From: Bacilli bacterium
GTDB lineage: Bacteria; Bacillota_I; Bacilli_A; RF39; UBA660
DNA length: 64,000 nt
Direction of reading: 5' to 3'
Assembly: GCA_017477845.1 (NCBI GenBank)
Contig: JAFUTR010000010.1
Span: forward strand, 11,282 to 75,281
In this document: in pieces, positions 1 through 9,083 of the stretch
Layout of the letters: each line of letters opens with the position of its first letter
Numbering within the stretch: position 1 is the first letter of the stretch
Translations under genes and position numbers: made by a program
The notes under the pieces: generated by a model
Told to the model about the DNA's origin: nothing
Database searches by the model: none
The model's input: the letters and a program-made list of their open reading frames with translations, nothing else

Positions 1-400
1 GAACTTGTGTTACTGATACCCAATCAAGTTGTGTATGGTTTCCATATCCATATCCATAATACGCTAGTAGTTTTATTCTGTCATATTGTGCTTCTGTTAA
101 ATTAGTTACTGCTAAATAATCTTCATTTGTTATGTTGTATAATTCACCTTCTACTATATCTACCATTGGTTCTAAACAGTAAACAATCTTTCCTGTACTT
201 CTTTGTACAATCGTTGATGATCTTTTCCATTTTGTATATCCATTTGATTGTTTTTTATTTATATATACTTTTGTTTCTGTATTATCTCCATAAACAAAAT
301 CCCCAACATATTCTTGTGCTTTAACTTTTGTAGTTACAAAAACTACTGACATTATTGTTATTAATAAAAATAAGACTTTACTTAATTTATTTTTTTTCAT
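1..400 (-). CDS. Secreted protein of unknown function (5' part; the gene runs off the window start)
   Basis: ATG at 400 is preceded by GGAGGT, a ribosome-binding site (RBS). The N-terminus (MKKNKLSKVLFLLITIMSVVFVTTKVKAQE) is a signal peptide. The ORF stays open to the window edge and is missing from the ORF track because it is partial. Confidence 0.45.
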   Translation of the reverse strand, partial: MKKNKLSKVLFLLITIMSVVFVTTKVKAQEYVGDFVYGDNTETKVYINKKQSNGYTKWKRSSTIVQRSTGKIVYCLEPMVDIVEGELYNITNEDYLAVTNLTEAQYDRIKLLAYYGYGYGNHTQLDWVSVTQV

Positions 401-458
401 ATTACCTCCATTTTTCAATAAAAAAAGATAACAATTGTTATCTTTACATTTTAATAAT

Positions 459-914
459 CTATCTAATTATTTTTAAATACTCTTCTGCTACATATATAGC
501 AAATTTTTTCAAATTATTAACTTCTATCGTTAAGCTTAGAACTTTTTTATTTGAATCATTATAATCTTTAAATTTAACACTACTTATAACACCATTAGAA
601 TTTATTGGGGTTATTTCTAAATGAGCAATAGAGTTTCTTATACTTCTAAATGCATTATCATCTTGCTCATTAATTATTTCTATTTTTGCTAATAACTTTA
701 GTTCATTAATACAATTAGTTTTATAGTCTTCTATTATCTGTTTACTTTTTTCATCTTTGGTTGTCTCTATTGGTAATGTAATCATTCCAAGTAAACAATT
801 TAATAGTAATGTAACTTCATATTCTGTTTTTAATTTGTCATCTTTAATAATTTTTAATGTCCGTTCAACAAATTCAACTTTGAAATTCTTCATCTCTGAC
901 ATAACATTGAGCAC
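459..914 (-). CDS. HEPN-like protein (Rx4H motif RNSIAH); predicted RNase/toxin fold
   Basis: The translation contains ...AFRSIRNSIAHLEI..., i.e. an R-x4-H motif of the kind seen in HEPN and Abi_2-type proteins. At 151 aa it is small and stands alone inside a plasmid-like module. Confidence 0.35.
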   Translation of the reverse strand: MLNVMSEMKNFKVEFVERTLKIIKDDKLKTEYEVTLLLNCLLGMITLPIETTKDEKSKQIIEDYKTNCINELKLLAKIEIINEQDDNAFRSIRNSIAHLEITPINSNGVISSVKFKDYNDSNKKVLSLTIEVNNLKKFAIYVAEEYLKIIR

Positions 915-944
915 TTCCTTTTAATAAATTATATCATATAGTAA

Positions 945-1637
945 TTAATTTCTTTTTAGCATTTCTCCTAAATATTTTCCTGAATGTGAATAAACTTGAA
1001 TACATGATACATTTTCTGTATAAGATAATTCCTCTGAATCATTCATACAAAGTGCTTCACAATTATTAACACTACCACAGTTGGATACGTTGTAATCAAC
1101 TCTCATCCAAGAATAAAGTGGTTTATTTTCATAATCTTCTTTTGATATTCCTAATTGTTCCCATGGTTCTTTAACAATAGTTTTCTTAGGTTCTTCTTTA
1201 ACTTCATTACCACTTGAATCAACAGTTCCACTTTCTATTTCCTTTTTTTCTTCTACTACATTTTTTACTTCTTTCTTTTCTGAATCATTTTTAGTTGATT
1301 TAGTTTTCGTTTCTGTTTTAGTAGAATTACTATTATTTTTGTTACTTTCACTTATAGGTTCTTTTTTTTGCTTAGGCTGTTCCGGTGTTTTTTCTTCATG
1401 TTCCACAGGTATATCATTTAACTCTATCTTTTGACTAATTATTTCTTCTTGTTTATTTTCTGTTTCTTTTTCTTCTTTTGACTCCCTATTTTCATCGGTC
1501 TTTGAAATTTCTTTGGAAATAGGCGTTGTAACATTTCCTCTTTTTTTGTCATCTTTTTCTATGTTCCTTTCATTATATTTTTTAATTATCGTAAATGCTA
1601 GCAGAATAGATATTAAGATTATAAATACTTTTTTCAT
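945..1637 (-). CDS. Secreted lysine/glutamate-rich protein with a cysteine-containing C-terminal domain
   Basis: The internal start MKKVFIILISILLAF is a signal peptide with AAGGGAAG 8 nt upstream. The middle is a long Lys/Glu-rich low-complexity stretch. The C-terminus carries several Cys (NCGSVNNCEALC). Confidence 0.4.
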   Translation of the reverse strand: MKKVFIILISILLAFTIIKKYNERNIEKDDKKRGNVTTPISKEISKTDENRESKEEKETENKQEEIISQKIELNDIPVEHEEKTPEQPKQKKEPISESNKNNSNSTKTETKTKSTKNDSEKKEVKNVVEEKKEIESGTVDSSGNEVKEEPKKTIVKEPWEQLGISKEDYENKPLYSWMRVDYNVSNCGSVNNCEALCMNDSEELSYTENVSCIQVYSHSGKYLGEMLKRN

Positions 1638-1697
1638 TTTATCTTCCCTTCTTTTCTGCATTATATTAATTGTTGATAAAATTTACAAATGTACAAA

Positions 1698-2663
1698 TTA
1701 TCTTTCGTGTTCTCTATTCTTTAAATGTCTAGAGTAAAACTCGCAAGCTTTCATAACAAAATCTTCAATATTTTCTCTTTTTACATTTTTTGGAATAACT
1801 GTGTATAACTTTTTTTCATCAATTTTAAATTTTTCAACTTGATTTGGTTTTAATTGTAGCATTTGTTTTTCTATTTCATCTTTTGTAAGATTTCCACTTC
1901 TACTCATCTCTTTAAATGTTATTGATTGAGCATGTGATGGAGTAGATTCGTTTTTCTCAATTACATCTAAAAGCCACAATTGCTCATTCTCCTTCAAATA
2001 AGATATTTCAACAGCTGGTGACATAGCCATTTTGGGTTTTATATCAAATTCATTATTATCTACCATTTGTAATAACTCTGGAATTAAAAAAGTTAATCTA
2101 ATATATCGTTGAACTTGTCTTCCACTATCACCTTGCTCATTACCAAGCAAATCGTCGCTTCTTACTACTGCGACAACTTGTCGCACTGATGTGTCAAGTT
2201 GTTTCGCTGGTAACTTACGTTGATTTTTTAATGCATCATATTTCATTTTATATGCAAATGCCTTTTCACTTGGTAAAAGTTTTTCTCTTTGTAAGTTTGA
2301 ATCTACCATAAATATTGTTGCTTCATCATCTGATAGATTTCTAATAATACAAGGTATCGTATTTAATCCCAACAATTCACTTGCTAGTTTTCTTCTATGA
2401 CCTGATAACATTTCATACCTATTATCATCTTTTTTTCTTACGATTACTGGTGATAGCACACCACTTACTTTAATACTTTCTTCAAGTGCTTTTAATTCAT
2501 CATTTTCTTCTACTTTGAATGGATGATCTTTAAAATTATCAATTAGATTTATATTTATTTCTTCTACTTTTTCCTTTTTATCTTCATCTCTTTGTTCTTG
2601 TGTTGTAAAAAAGTCATCTACATTGAATGACATCTTTATTTCTTGTTTTTGACTCTCGTTCAT
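1698..2663 (-). CDS. parB: ParB/Spo0J-family partition protein
   Basis: LSGHRRKLASELLGLNTIPCIIRNLSDDEATIFMVDSNLQRE matches the ParB N-terminal and HTH region. An internal start (MNESQ) has a strong GGAGG RBS. The gene overlaps the 3' end of parA. Confidence 0.75.
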   Translation of the reverse strand: MNESQKQEIKMSFNVDDFFTTQEQRDEDKKEKVEEININLIDNFKDHPFKVEENDELKALEESIKVSGVLSPVIVRKKDDNRYEMLSGHRRKLASELLGLNTIPCIIRNLSDDEATIFMVDSNLQREKLLPSEKAFAYKMKYDALKNQRKLPAKQLDTSVRQVVAVVRSDDLLGNEQGDSGRQVQRYIRLTFLIPELLQMVDNNEFDIKPKMAMSPAVEISYLKENEQLWLLDVIEKNESTPSHAQSITFKEMSRSGNLTKDEIEKQMLQLKPNQVEKFKIDEKKLYTVIPKNVKRENIEDFVMKACEFYSRHLKNREHER

Positions 2664-3444
2664 AATCAAGTACCTCCTTCGCAAGTTCTAGAAAACTTTT
2701 TGCTACTTTTCCATTTTTGTCATATGATAAAATACTTTTCCCCACTCTTGTAGATTCGGCTGCTTTGACAGATCTCGGTATTTTTGTTTTAAACATTTTA
2801 AAAACCTTTCCATATGTTGATTTTAATTCTTCATGTATTTCTTTTGATAGATTTCTCCTATCATCTACAATTGTCATAAGAATTCCTCCAACATTTAAAT
2901 CAGGATTAATTTGTTTTTTTACCTTTAAAACAGTAGTCATTAAGTGATTCATATCTTTTGCTGCAAGAAATTCTGATTGTACAGGAATTATTACTTTATC
3001 TGCACATGCAAGAGCATTTATTGTTAACATTCCAAGTGATGGCATACAATCAATTAAAATATAGTCATAATCTTTCTTTAAATCTTTTATACTATTTCTC
3101 ATTGTAAACTCTCTACTCATAGCATTTACTAAACTCATCTCCATTGAAGCAAGTTCAAGATTTGTTGGAATTATATCTATTCCTTCATCATGATGTAAAA
3201 TTGCTTCTTTTGGATTCACATCAATATCATTCATAGTTCTTCCCATTAATGTATATAATGTTGTTTCAATATTCTCTGCATTATGTATTCCTATGTATGT
3301 TGTTAAATCTCCTTGAGGATCTGCATCTACTAGTAATACTTTTTTACCATTTTGAACAAGTGCTACTCCCAAATTAAAAGTAGTTGTTGTCTTTCCAACT
3401 CCTCCCTTTTGATTTGCTATTGCGATTACTTCACATTTTGCCAT
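2614..3444 (-). CDS. parA: ParA/Soj-family partition ATPase
   Basis: IAIANQKGGVGKTTTTFNLG is the deviant Walker A motif of ParA. The rep-parA-parB gene order is typical of plasmids. Confidence 0.85.
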   Translation of the reverse strand: MAKCEVIAIANQKGGVGKTTTTFNLGVALVQNGKKVLLVDADPQGDLTTYIGIHNAENIETTLYTLMGRTMNDIDVNPKEAILHHDEGIDIIPTNLELASMEMSLVNAMSREFTMRNSIKDLKKDYDYILIDCMPSLGMLTINALACADKVIIPVQSEFLAAKDMNHLMTTVLKVKKQINPDLNVGGILMTIVDDRRNLSKEIHEELKSTYGKVFKMFKTKIPRSVKAAESTRVGKSILSYDKNGKVAKSFLELAKEVLDYERESKTRNKDVIQCR

Positions 3445-3445
3445 A

Positions 3446-4207
3446 TCATCTCTCCTCTCTATTTTTGCTTTTATTCATAATAAAAGAACAATCATCTTCA
3501 AATAATTGTTCTTTATTCATACTATTGAGTTTTTCAAAATTAGATTCTAAAGCACTTTTGAAATATCCATAAACATTTTCTATTTTTTCACCATCTTCAT
3601 CTTTAAAGTCTCTTTCTATAACTCTTGGTACTATATAATGAATTGCTGAAAATAATTCTTTTGCATTATGACCTTTATTTATTTCTTGCTCAAATAAACT
3701 ATCAAATGCAAATAATAAATTATTATCTTCTTCATTTAAATATTTTTCTTTTACCAATTCTTTAGTTAAAATATTATGCTCTATTTTTCCATTTTTGGTT
3801 TTATCTATTTTATCTTTTAATTCTTTAATATTTAATTGGTGCTGATTTTCGGAATTCCGATAATCGGACGTCCGATAATCAGGTGTCGGATAAAATTCAT
3901 TTAAATGCCTTTCATTTAGAGATTTCCTAAAAACCCTATATTTATACCTAAAGTATCCTTTTTCATCTCTATATTGGCTAATTTCAATGAATCCTGCCTC
4001 TTTTAATTCATTGATGGTTGTCCTTAATGCATGCTTCTGTTCTTTACAAATTGCAACAAGCCCTTTAAAGGAATAATCCCATTCTGGTGGTAATGTAAAA
4101 AATACATACATTAATCCTTTTGCTGAAAGCGATAAATTCATATTTCTACCAATTGATGCAGGAACAATTGAATAACCATCTTCTTTCTCTATTTCAAATT
4201 CTTTCAT
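3446..4207 (-). CDS. Replication-initiator-like protein with an N-terminal winged helix, resembling the RepA_N family
   Basis: The N-terminal ~100 aa (…FFTLPPEWDYSFKGLVAICKEQKHALRTTINELKEAGFIEISQ) look like the winged-helix DNA-binding region of Firmicutes plasmid RepA_N initiators. The gene sits directly upstream of parAB. Confidence 0.4.
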   Translation of the reverse strand: MKEFEIEKEDGYSIVPASIGRNMNLSLSAKGLMYVFFTLPPEWDYSFKGLVAICKEQKHALRTTINELKEAGFIEISQYRDEKGYFRYKYRVFRKSLNERHLNEFYPTPDYRTSDYRNSENQHQLNIKELKDKIDKTKNGKIEHNILTKELVKEKYLNEEDNNLLFAFDSLFEQEINKGHNAKELFSAIHYIVPRVIERDFKDEDGEKIENVYGYFKSALESNFEKLNSMNKEQLFEDDCSFIMNKSKNREER

Positions 4208-4223
4208 ACTTCACCAGTAATAA

Positions 4224-4919
4224 TTAATCTAATATGTTATTATTTACTTCGATATTATAGTTATTCTTATGAACTCTCCTATTTCTTTTTTTCATTGCCA
4301 AAATGTATCCAACTTTTCTTTCATGAGAAACATGAAAATTGCAATAATTATTTTTATTGCGTTCACATATATACATTATTTTCCAATCAAGTAAATCGAA
4401 AAACGTTCTCATTTCACCATACGATAAATAACAATTAGGATTGTCATTATTTGTACATTTTAAATCATAATAAATATAGATATATCCACCTTCCTTAACA
4501 TTAGACATAAGTTTTTTTATTTTCTTTTTTAAACTAATATTTTCATTTTTTTTAAGATTTAAAGACTGTTCTATATATAAAAAGTCATACTTTTTTATAT
4601 CTTTTGTTAGATAATAGTTTTTGGTTTCTACCATTACAAATTGCGAAATATTATAGTCCATTATTCTTTTTATTAAACCACTTGTTTCATGATTATTATA
4701 TTTTCCACCATATAATAGAATTTTATCATCTTCATAACAAGTAACATTACATTTATATTTTGCAAAGGGAATTACATTTTTTCCATCATTTGCATCAACA
4801 ATCAAAACCTGTGAATTAGTTATTTTTTCTTTTTTTAGAAGATTAATATAATCATAAACTTGTTGATTAGGTTCGCCAAAAACACTTACTTTTTTATTAA
4901 TTCTATTTATTTTTCTCAT
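4224..4919 (-). CDS. Hypothetical protein (possible Rossmann-fold enzyme)
   Basis: The ORF is intact at 231 aa. VLIVDANDG is a weak β-strand plus Gly-rich segment. No family can be assigned. Confidence 0.3.
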   Translation of the reverse strand: MRKINRINKKVSVFGEPNQQVYDYINLLKKEKITNSQVLIVDANDGKNVIPFAKYKCNVTCYEDDKILLYGGKYNNHETSGLIKRIMDYNISQFVMVETKNYYLTKDIKKYDFLYIEQSLNLKKNENISLKKKIKKLMSNVKEGGYIYIYYDLKCTNNDNPNCYLSYGEMRTFFDLLDWKIMYICERNKNNYCNFHVSHERKVGYILAMKKRNRRVHKNNYNIEVNNNILD

Positions 4920-5106
4920 TATTTAATACTTTGATATCCCTTCTATAGTCATCAAAGGTTATACATAATCCCCCAACAGTGTTACGTTATAAAATAATTG
5001 TCAAATTTTGCTGTCAGAGACTTTTTTGTATGATTTTTTATATTTTTTTATTATTAGCCTTTTTTTTGAAATAATAAATTCCTTTATTTTTCAAGGTTTT
5101 TAGAAC

Positions 5107-5423
5107 TTATGCTATAACCCCCAAAAAAGTTGCATACCCTGTTACTGGGATTAAACCTATTACAACAGATAAATTTAATACTGCTTGAATAATAATTTGA
5201 AATACTAATCCAAAAGCTAAATACTTTGAAAATTTATCTTGACTATTAATAGCAATCTTAAATCCTAGATATAAAAATGCAAAGAATAGAGAGACTACTA
5301 TCAATACTCCTAAAATTCCAAATTCTTCACTTATAATAGAAAAAATAAAATCAGTTTGTGGCTCTGGAAGATAAAATTGCTTTTGTCTAGATTTTAAAAA
5401 TCCCATACCTAATAATCCACCTG
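5107..5423 (-). pseudogene. ftsW: FtsW/SpoVE (SEDS) gene fragment encoding the conserved motif-rich central portion (broken at both ends)
   Basis: The translation ...SGGLLGMGFLKSRQKQFYLPEPQTDFIFSIISEEFGILG...GLIPVTG carries SEDS hallmark motifs (G-GLG-S-QK--YLPE--TDFIF). The frame is open upstream to the CAGGTGG junction at 5417-5423. It ends early after VTG (YATFLGVIA*) and so lacks the expected PLPFISYGGSS tail. Confidence 0.8.
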
Positions 5424-5444
5424 AATTATGTTTTTTTGCGATTA

Positions 5445-6923
5445 TTAAATCATTTTAAAATTAAAATAAATATCTAATGTTTTATCCTGATGTATTTCTA
5501 TTCTTTTTATTAGTTTATTAATAAATTGATTATTATTTATATTAATTAAACTATTAACAACTTCTTCTTTAATGTCTATTGGTTTATATGAATAATTAGA
5601 TATTTCTTTTTTTAATAAATCTATTTCATTATTAATTTTAATAAAAAGCCTATTAAACATTTCTTCATCAATTTTATTATTTAATTTGTCTAAATACAAA
5701 TTATCTAAATTGTTTTTATTATTCTCTATTTTTATATTTAATTCTTTAGTATTATTATTTTTATTATTTATTCTAATTTTTTTATATAACAGATTTATAT
5801 CTATTTTATCTAATTCCTTCTTTAATTGTGATAGAACATTTTTTTCAACATTCAAATAATTATTAGAGTGAGATGAACACAGTTTAAGTTTTGAATATTT
5901 TTTATAAGTGTTACACATTAAATACTTTTTATTTTTATTTTTTTGGATTATTAATTTCTTTTTACATTCTCCACAATATAAAACGCCATCAAGTATAGTT
6001 TTATTTTTTTTATTTGATTTAGTATTACCATTTAGTTTTAATAATCTATTAACTTCTTCAAAGTCTTTTTCATCGATTATTTTCTCATGTGTATTTTTAA
6101 TTATAATCCAATCATCTTTTTTATTTAATTTTAATTTTCTTATTTTATAGTTGATTTTATTTCTTCTATTTTGAACTAGATTACCTGTATATAATTCGTT
6201 TTTCAAAATAGTCTTTATAGTTGTTCTATTCCAACATCCTAAAGTATTTTTTTTTATGTTTCTAAATAGTGCTGGTGTTTTTATTTTTTCTTCATTTAGT
6301 ACATTAATAATTTTATTTATTGAATATGTTGATAAAGCCATGTCAAAAATCCTTTTTACAATAGTTGCCTCTTCTTTATTTATTATTAAATGATTTTTAT
6401 CTTTAGGATCAGTCATATATCCAAATGGTGTACACCCACCTACCCATTTTCCATTTAACTGTTTTGTTCTCAAAGCTGCTTTAATTTTTTTTGAGTTTTC
6501 TCTTGAATAAAAGTCATTAATTATTGTTTTAAATGGTATAAATTCGTTATTTGAATTATCAAGTAATGTATCTATATTATCAAGAATAGATATAAATCTT
6601 ACATTGTTTTCTGGAAACCACTTTTCAATGTATTTACCTGTTTCTATATAATCTCTCCCAAGACGAGATAGATCTTTTACTATTACCATATTTATTTTAT
6701 TATTTTTTATATCTTCAATCATTTTGTTAAATCCAGGTCTATTGAAATTAGTTCCAGTATATCCATCATCTATATAAATATCATATACATTATAATTATT
6801 ATCTTTTGAATATTTTACTAATAATTCTTTTTGATTAGAAACACTTTCGCTATCAGTATTATTTTTTATTTCATCTTCTTTTGAAAGTCTAATATACAGT
6901 CCACATTTATAGTTATTATTCAT
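5445..6923 (-). CDS. Large serine recombinase (resolvase/invertase N-domain, recombinase domain and C-terminal zinc ribbon)
   Basis: The N-terminus GLYIRLSKED…VIVKDLSRLGRD is the resolvase catalytic domain with the nucleophile Ser in RLS. Cys pairs (CGECKKKL…C) form a zinc ribbon. At 492 aa it fits the family size. Confidence 0.85.
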   Translation of the reverse strand: MNNNYKCGLYIRLSKEDEIKNNTDSESVSNQKELLVKYSKDNNYNVYDIYIDDGYTGTNFNRPGFNKMIEDIKNNKINMVIVKDLSRLGRDYIETGKYIEKWFPENNVRFISILDNIDTLLDNSNNEFIPFKTIINDFYSRENSKKIKAALRTKQLNGKWVGGCTPFGYMTDPKDKNHLIINKEEATIVKRIFDMALSTYSINKIINVLNEEKIKTPALFRNIKKNTLGCWNRTTIKTILKNELYTGNLVQNRRNKINYKIRKLKLNKKDDWIIIKNTHEKIIDEKDFEEVNRLLKLNGNTKSNKKNKTILDGVLYCGECKKKLIIQKNKNKKYLMCNTYKKYSKLKLCSSHSNNYLNVEKNVLSQLKKELDKIDINLLYKKIRINNKNNNTKELNIKIENNKNNLDNLYLDKLNNKIDEEMFNRLFIKINNEIDLLKKEISNYSYKPIDIKEEVVNSLININNNQFINKLIKRIEIHQDKTLDIYFNFKMI

Positions 6924-7094
6924 TGTATTTTTCCTCTATATTATGTTCAATTATATTTTTTAGTAAATGATAAATATCATTTTTTTCATCATAAAAGAGT
7001 CTAATTTTTTCATTCATAAAAAATCCTCCTAATAGATTTTATTAAGAGGAATAAAAAATATACAAAAAAGCGTAACTTTAAGTTACACTTTTTC

Positions 7095-7895
7095 CTACCA
7101 TGATCCTGACCAATTAACTTGAGCAACGCTAATTGCATCATATTGACTTGATATACTACCTGTATGTACAATTCCTGCTGTACCAATTACTTCATGCATT
7201 AACGCGTTTAGTAACCCATTCGATGATGTTGTTGCGTGTGCATAATCCCCACATGCAATTTGATTTATGATAGTTGATGATGCATCTGTTTTTTCGACAT
7301 CAAAATAAAATGTTTGCTCTAAGGCAGTAACATTTGTTGATGTTGGTAGCCTAAATGTTGCACTTGCACCATTTGAAAATATTTGTGGAACATGTGTTGT
7401 AGAAGTATGTTGAGTTCCGCTTTGGGTATACTTTTGAGTAAAATATAAAGTATTATTTTTAGGCTTCACAGATGCATAAAATCCAATACCAATAATGTCA
7501 TATTGTCTTGTAGCTGGGATAACTTTCCAAAACAAAATATTTCTATAGCGATAATAACTTCCATTTGCAAGAAGGTATGTTGTCATTTCTTTATATGTTG
7601 TTTCAACAGTTGTGCTTGCATTGATGGAATAATTATTAATAGCGTTTGGGTCAACTGCATCATATACTATTTTGGGAATTTCGTATGTAATTGTACTTAA
7701 TACTTCAGGATCACCATTTGTACTTTGAGTACTTGTTCCGCTATTGCTATAAACAGTTACAGTTTTATAATATTTTGTTGTTTCTCCCACTACTTCAAAA
7801 CCATCTTCATCAATGTCACCTACTTGTGCAAAAACAAAATTTGGTGTCAAAAAAAATGCAATGGCTAAACATAAAAAGTATTTTAAATTTTTCAT
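7095..7895 (-). CDS. Secreted Thr/Ser-rich protein (element cargo)
   Basis: The internal start MKNLKYFLCLAIAFFLTPNFVFAQ is a signal peptide with a GGAGGA RBS. Many NxT/S sites and T/S runs follow. Confidence 0.45.
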   Translation of the reverse strand: MKNLKYFLCLAIAFFLTPNFVFAQVGDIDEDGFEVVGETTKYYKTVTVYSNSGTSTQSTNGDPEVLSTITYEIPKIVYDAVDPNAINNYSINASTTVETTYKEMTTYLLANGSYYRYRNILFWKVIPATRQYDIIGIGFYASVKPKNNTLYFTQKYTQSGTQHTSTTHVPQIFSNGASATFRLPTSTNVTALEQTFYFDVEKTDASSTIINQIACGDYAHATTSSNGLLNALMHEVIGTAGIVHTGSISSQYDAISVAQVNWSGSW

Positions 7896-7970
7896 TTTTC
7901 CTCCTTTCATTTGTAATATTACATTTTTTGATTTGTAAAGTAGTAACAAAAATGAGATTTTTTAAATTCT

Positions 7971-8672
7971 TTAAAAATTAACAATTACATATTCTTTTTT
8001 CTCATCCTTATCATATGAAAAAACTATTTTAATTTTATTTTTATTTTTTATACTCTTATTATTTACTATAAATCCAAAATTATCAAAACTTTTTGAAATT
8101 AAAGTTGGACTGTCAAATCGTTTTTCATAAATAAATACTTCTTTATCATCATAATATACTGTAGCTATTAAGGTATTTATCATTTTTTCGCTTTTTCCAC
8201 CTAATTTGTTTTCTTTATAATATATTTTATTTATTATGAGACTTGAATTTAAGTCACTATTAACAAGCATTCCCTCTACAAGCATATCTTTTCCATTATA
8301 TTGCAATTCAGTTACTTCCCAATCATCTTTTCTTAATAAAACTATTATTAAACCTATAAGCATTATTCCAATTAAATATTTTATTATTTTCCTTTTGATT
8401 CTTTTCTTTCTTTGTTCTGGAGTTTCCTTTTTCTCTTTCTCTTCTATTTTTTCACCACATAGAATTTCATCAATTTTTACACCTAATGCATCGGCAAGTG
8501 GTTTTAAAACTGTAATATCTGGCGCTAAGTCTCCTTGCTCCCATTTTGAAATTGATTTATCGTTCACTTCTATTATTTCTGCTAACTTCTTTTGAGTTAA
8601 ACCCTTGTTCTTTCTTAACTCAGAAATATGTTTTCCCATTTTAACTAAATCGCACTTATAATTATTTTCCAT
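7971..8672 (-). CDS. XRE-family HTH transcription regulator with a transmembrane segment and extracytoplasmic domain (RsgI-like or anti-sigma-like architecture)
   Basis: LRKNKGLTQKKLAEIIEVNDKSISKWEQG is an XRE-type HTH. A basic stretch and the transmembrane helix IIKYLIGIMLIGLIIVLL follow. Start MENNYK has AGGTGG 9 nt upstream. Confidence 0.55.
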   Translation of the reverse strand: MENNYKCDLVKMGKHISELRKNKGLTQKKLAEIIEVNDKSISKWEQGDLAPDITVLKPLADALGVKIDEILCGEKIEEKEKKETPEQRKKRIKRKIIKYLIGIMLIGLIIVLLRKDDWEVTELQYNGKDMLVEGMLVNSDLNSSLIINKIYYKENKLGGKSEKMINTLIATVYYDDKEVFIYEKRFDSPTLISKSFDNFGFIVNNKSIKNKNKIKIVFSYDKDEKKEYVIVNF

Positions 8673-8750
8673 ACTACTACCACCTACAAAATAATACTTA
8701 AAATATACTACTAAAAAGAAAGAATACATTTGTTGTTAACTTCTTGAAAA

Positions 8751-8785
8751 CAGCAAAAAAGATGTTGAAAAGATATTTCAACACC
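8751..8785 (-). terminator. Rho-independent terminator
   Basis: A GTTGAAA/TTTCAAC stem is followed by TTTTTTG on the minus strand, downstream of the 54-aa ORF. Confidence 0.5.
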
Positions 8786-8950
8786 TTATCTATTTGGATT
8801 AAAACTAATGATATGATAGTCTTCAAATTTATACCTATCCGGTATTTCTTGAAATTCTTTATCTTTTTGCTTAGTTAACATCTTAACTGTAGCATAAAAA
8901 GATTTTGATTCATTTTCATTATCATAATCATCATATCGATAAAATCCCAT
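8786..8950 (-). CDS. Small acidic 54-aa protein (candidate recombination directionality factor/excisionase or regulator) at the element edge
   Basis: It has a near-perfect RBS (GGAAGGAGGAATAAAT then ATG). It translates to MGFYRYDDYDNENESKSFYATVKMLTKQKDKEFQEIPDRYKFEDYHIISFNPNR. A rho-independent terminator follows at 8751-8785. It is below the ORF-track length cutoff. Confidence 0.45.
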   Translation of the reverse strand: MGFYRYDDYDNENESKSFYATVKMLTKQKDKEFQEIPDRYKFEDYHIISFNPNR

Positions 8951-9083
8951 ATTTATTCCTCCTTCCTAGCTTTTTAGAGCATAATTAAAAAGTAGCAAAA
9001 TATATCAAAAATGCCACTCTCTTAAAATGAGAATCATATCTCTTTTTTTGAGAATTATTGTAATTGGTACCTAAAAACATAAA

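Larger units (their letters stand above)
5424..9083 (-). mobile_element. Intervening element of 3.66 kb bounded by a 7-bp direct repeat CAGGTGG (minus-strand sense), inserted in ftsW
   Basis: The same 7-mer (plus-strand CCACCTG) lies at 5417-5423 and 9084-9090. The element carries a large serine recombinase next to its left end, plus three cargo ORFs. Confidence 0.65.

Noticed and set aside
1698-3444. parA-parB as the chromosomal soj-spo0J pair marking oriC
   Set aside because: The rep-parA-parB gene order, the RepA_N-like initiator, the absence of rsmG/gidA/dnaA and the placement beside a disrupted gene all indicate plasmid or element-derived partition genes.
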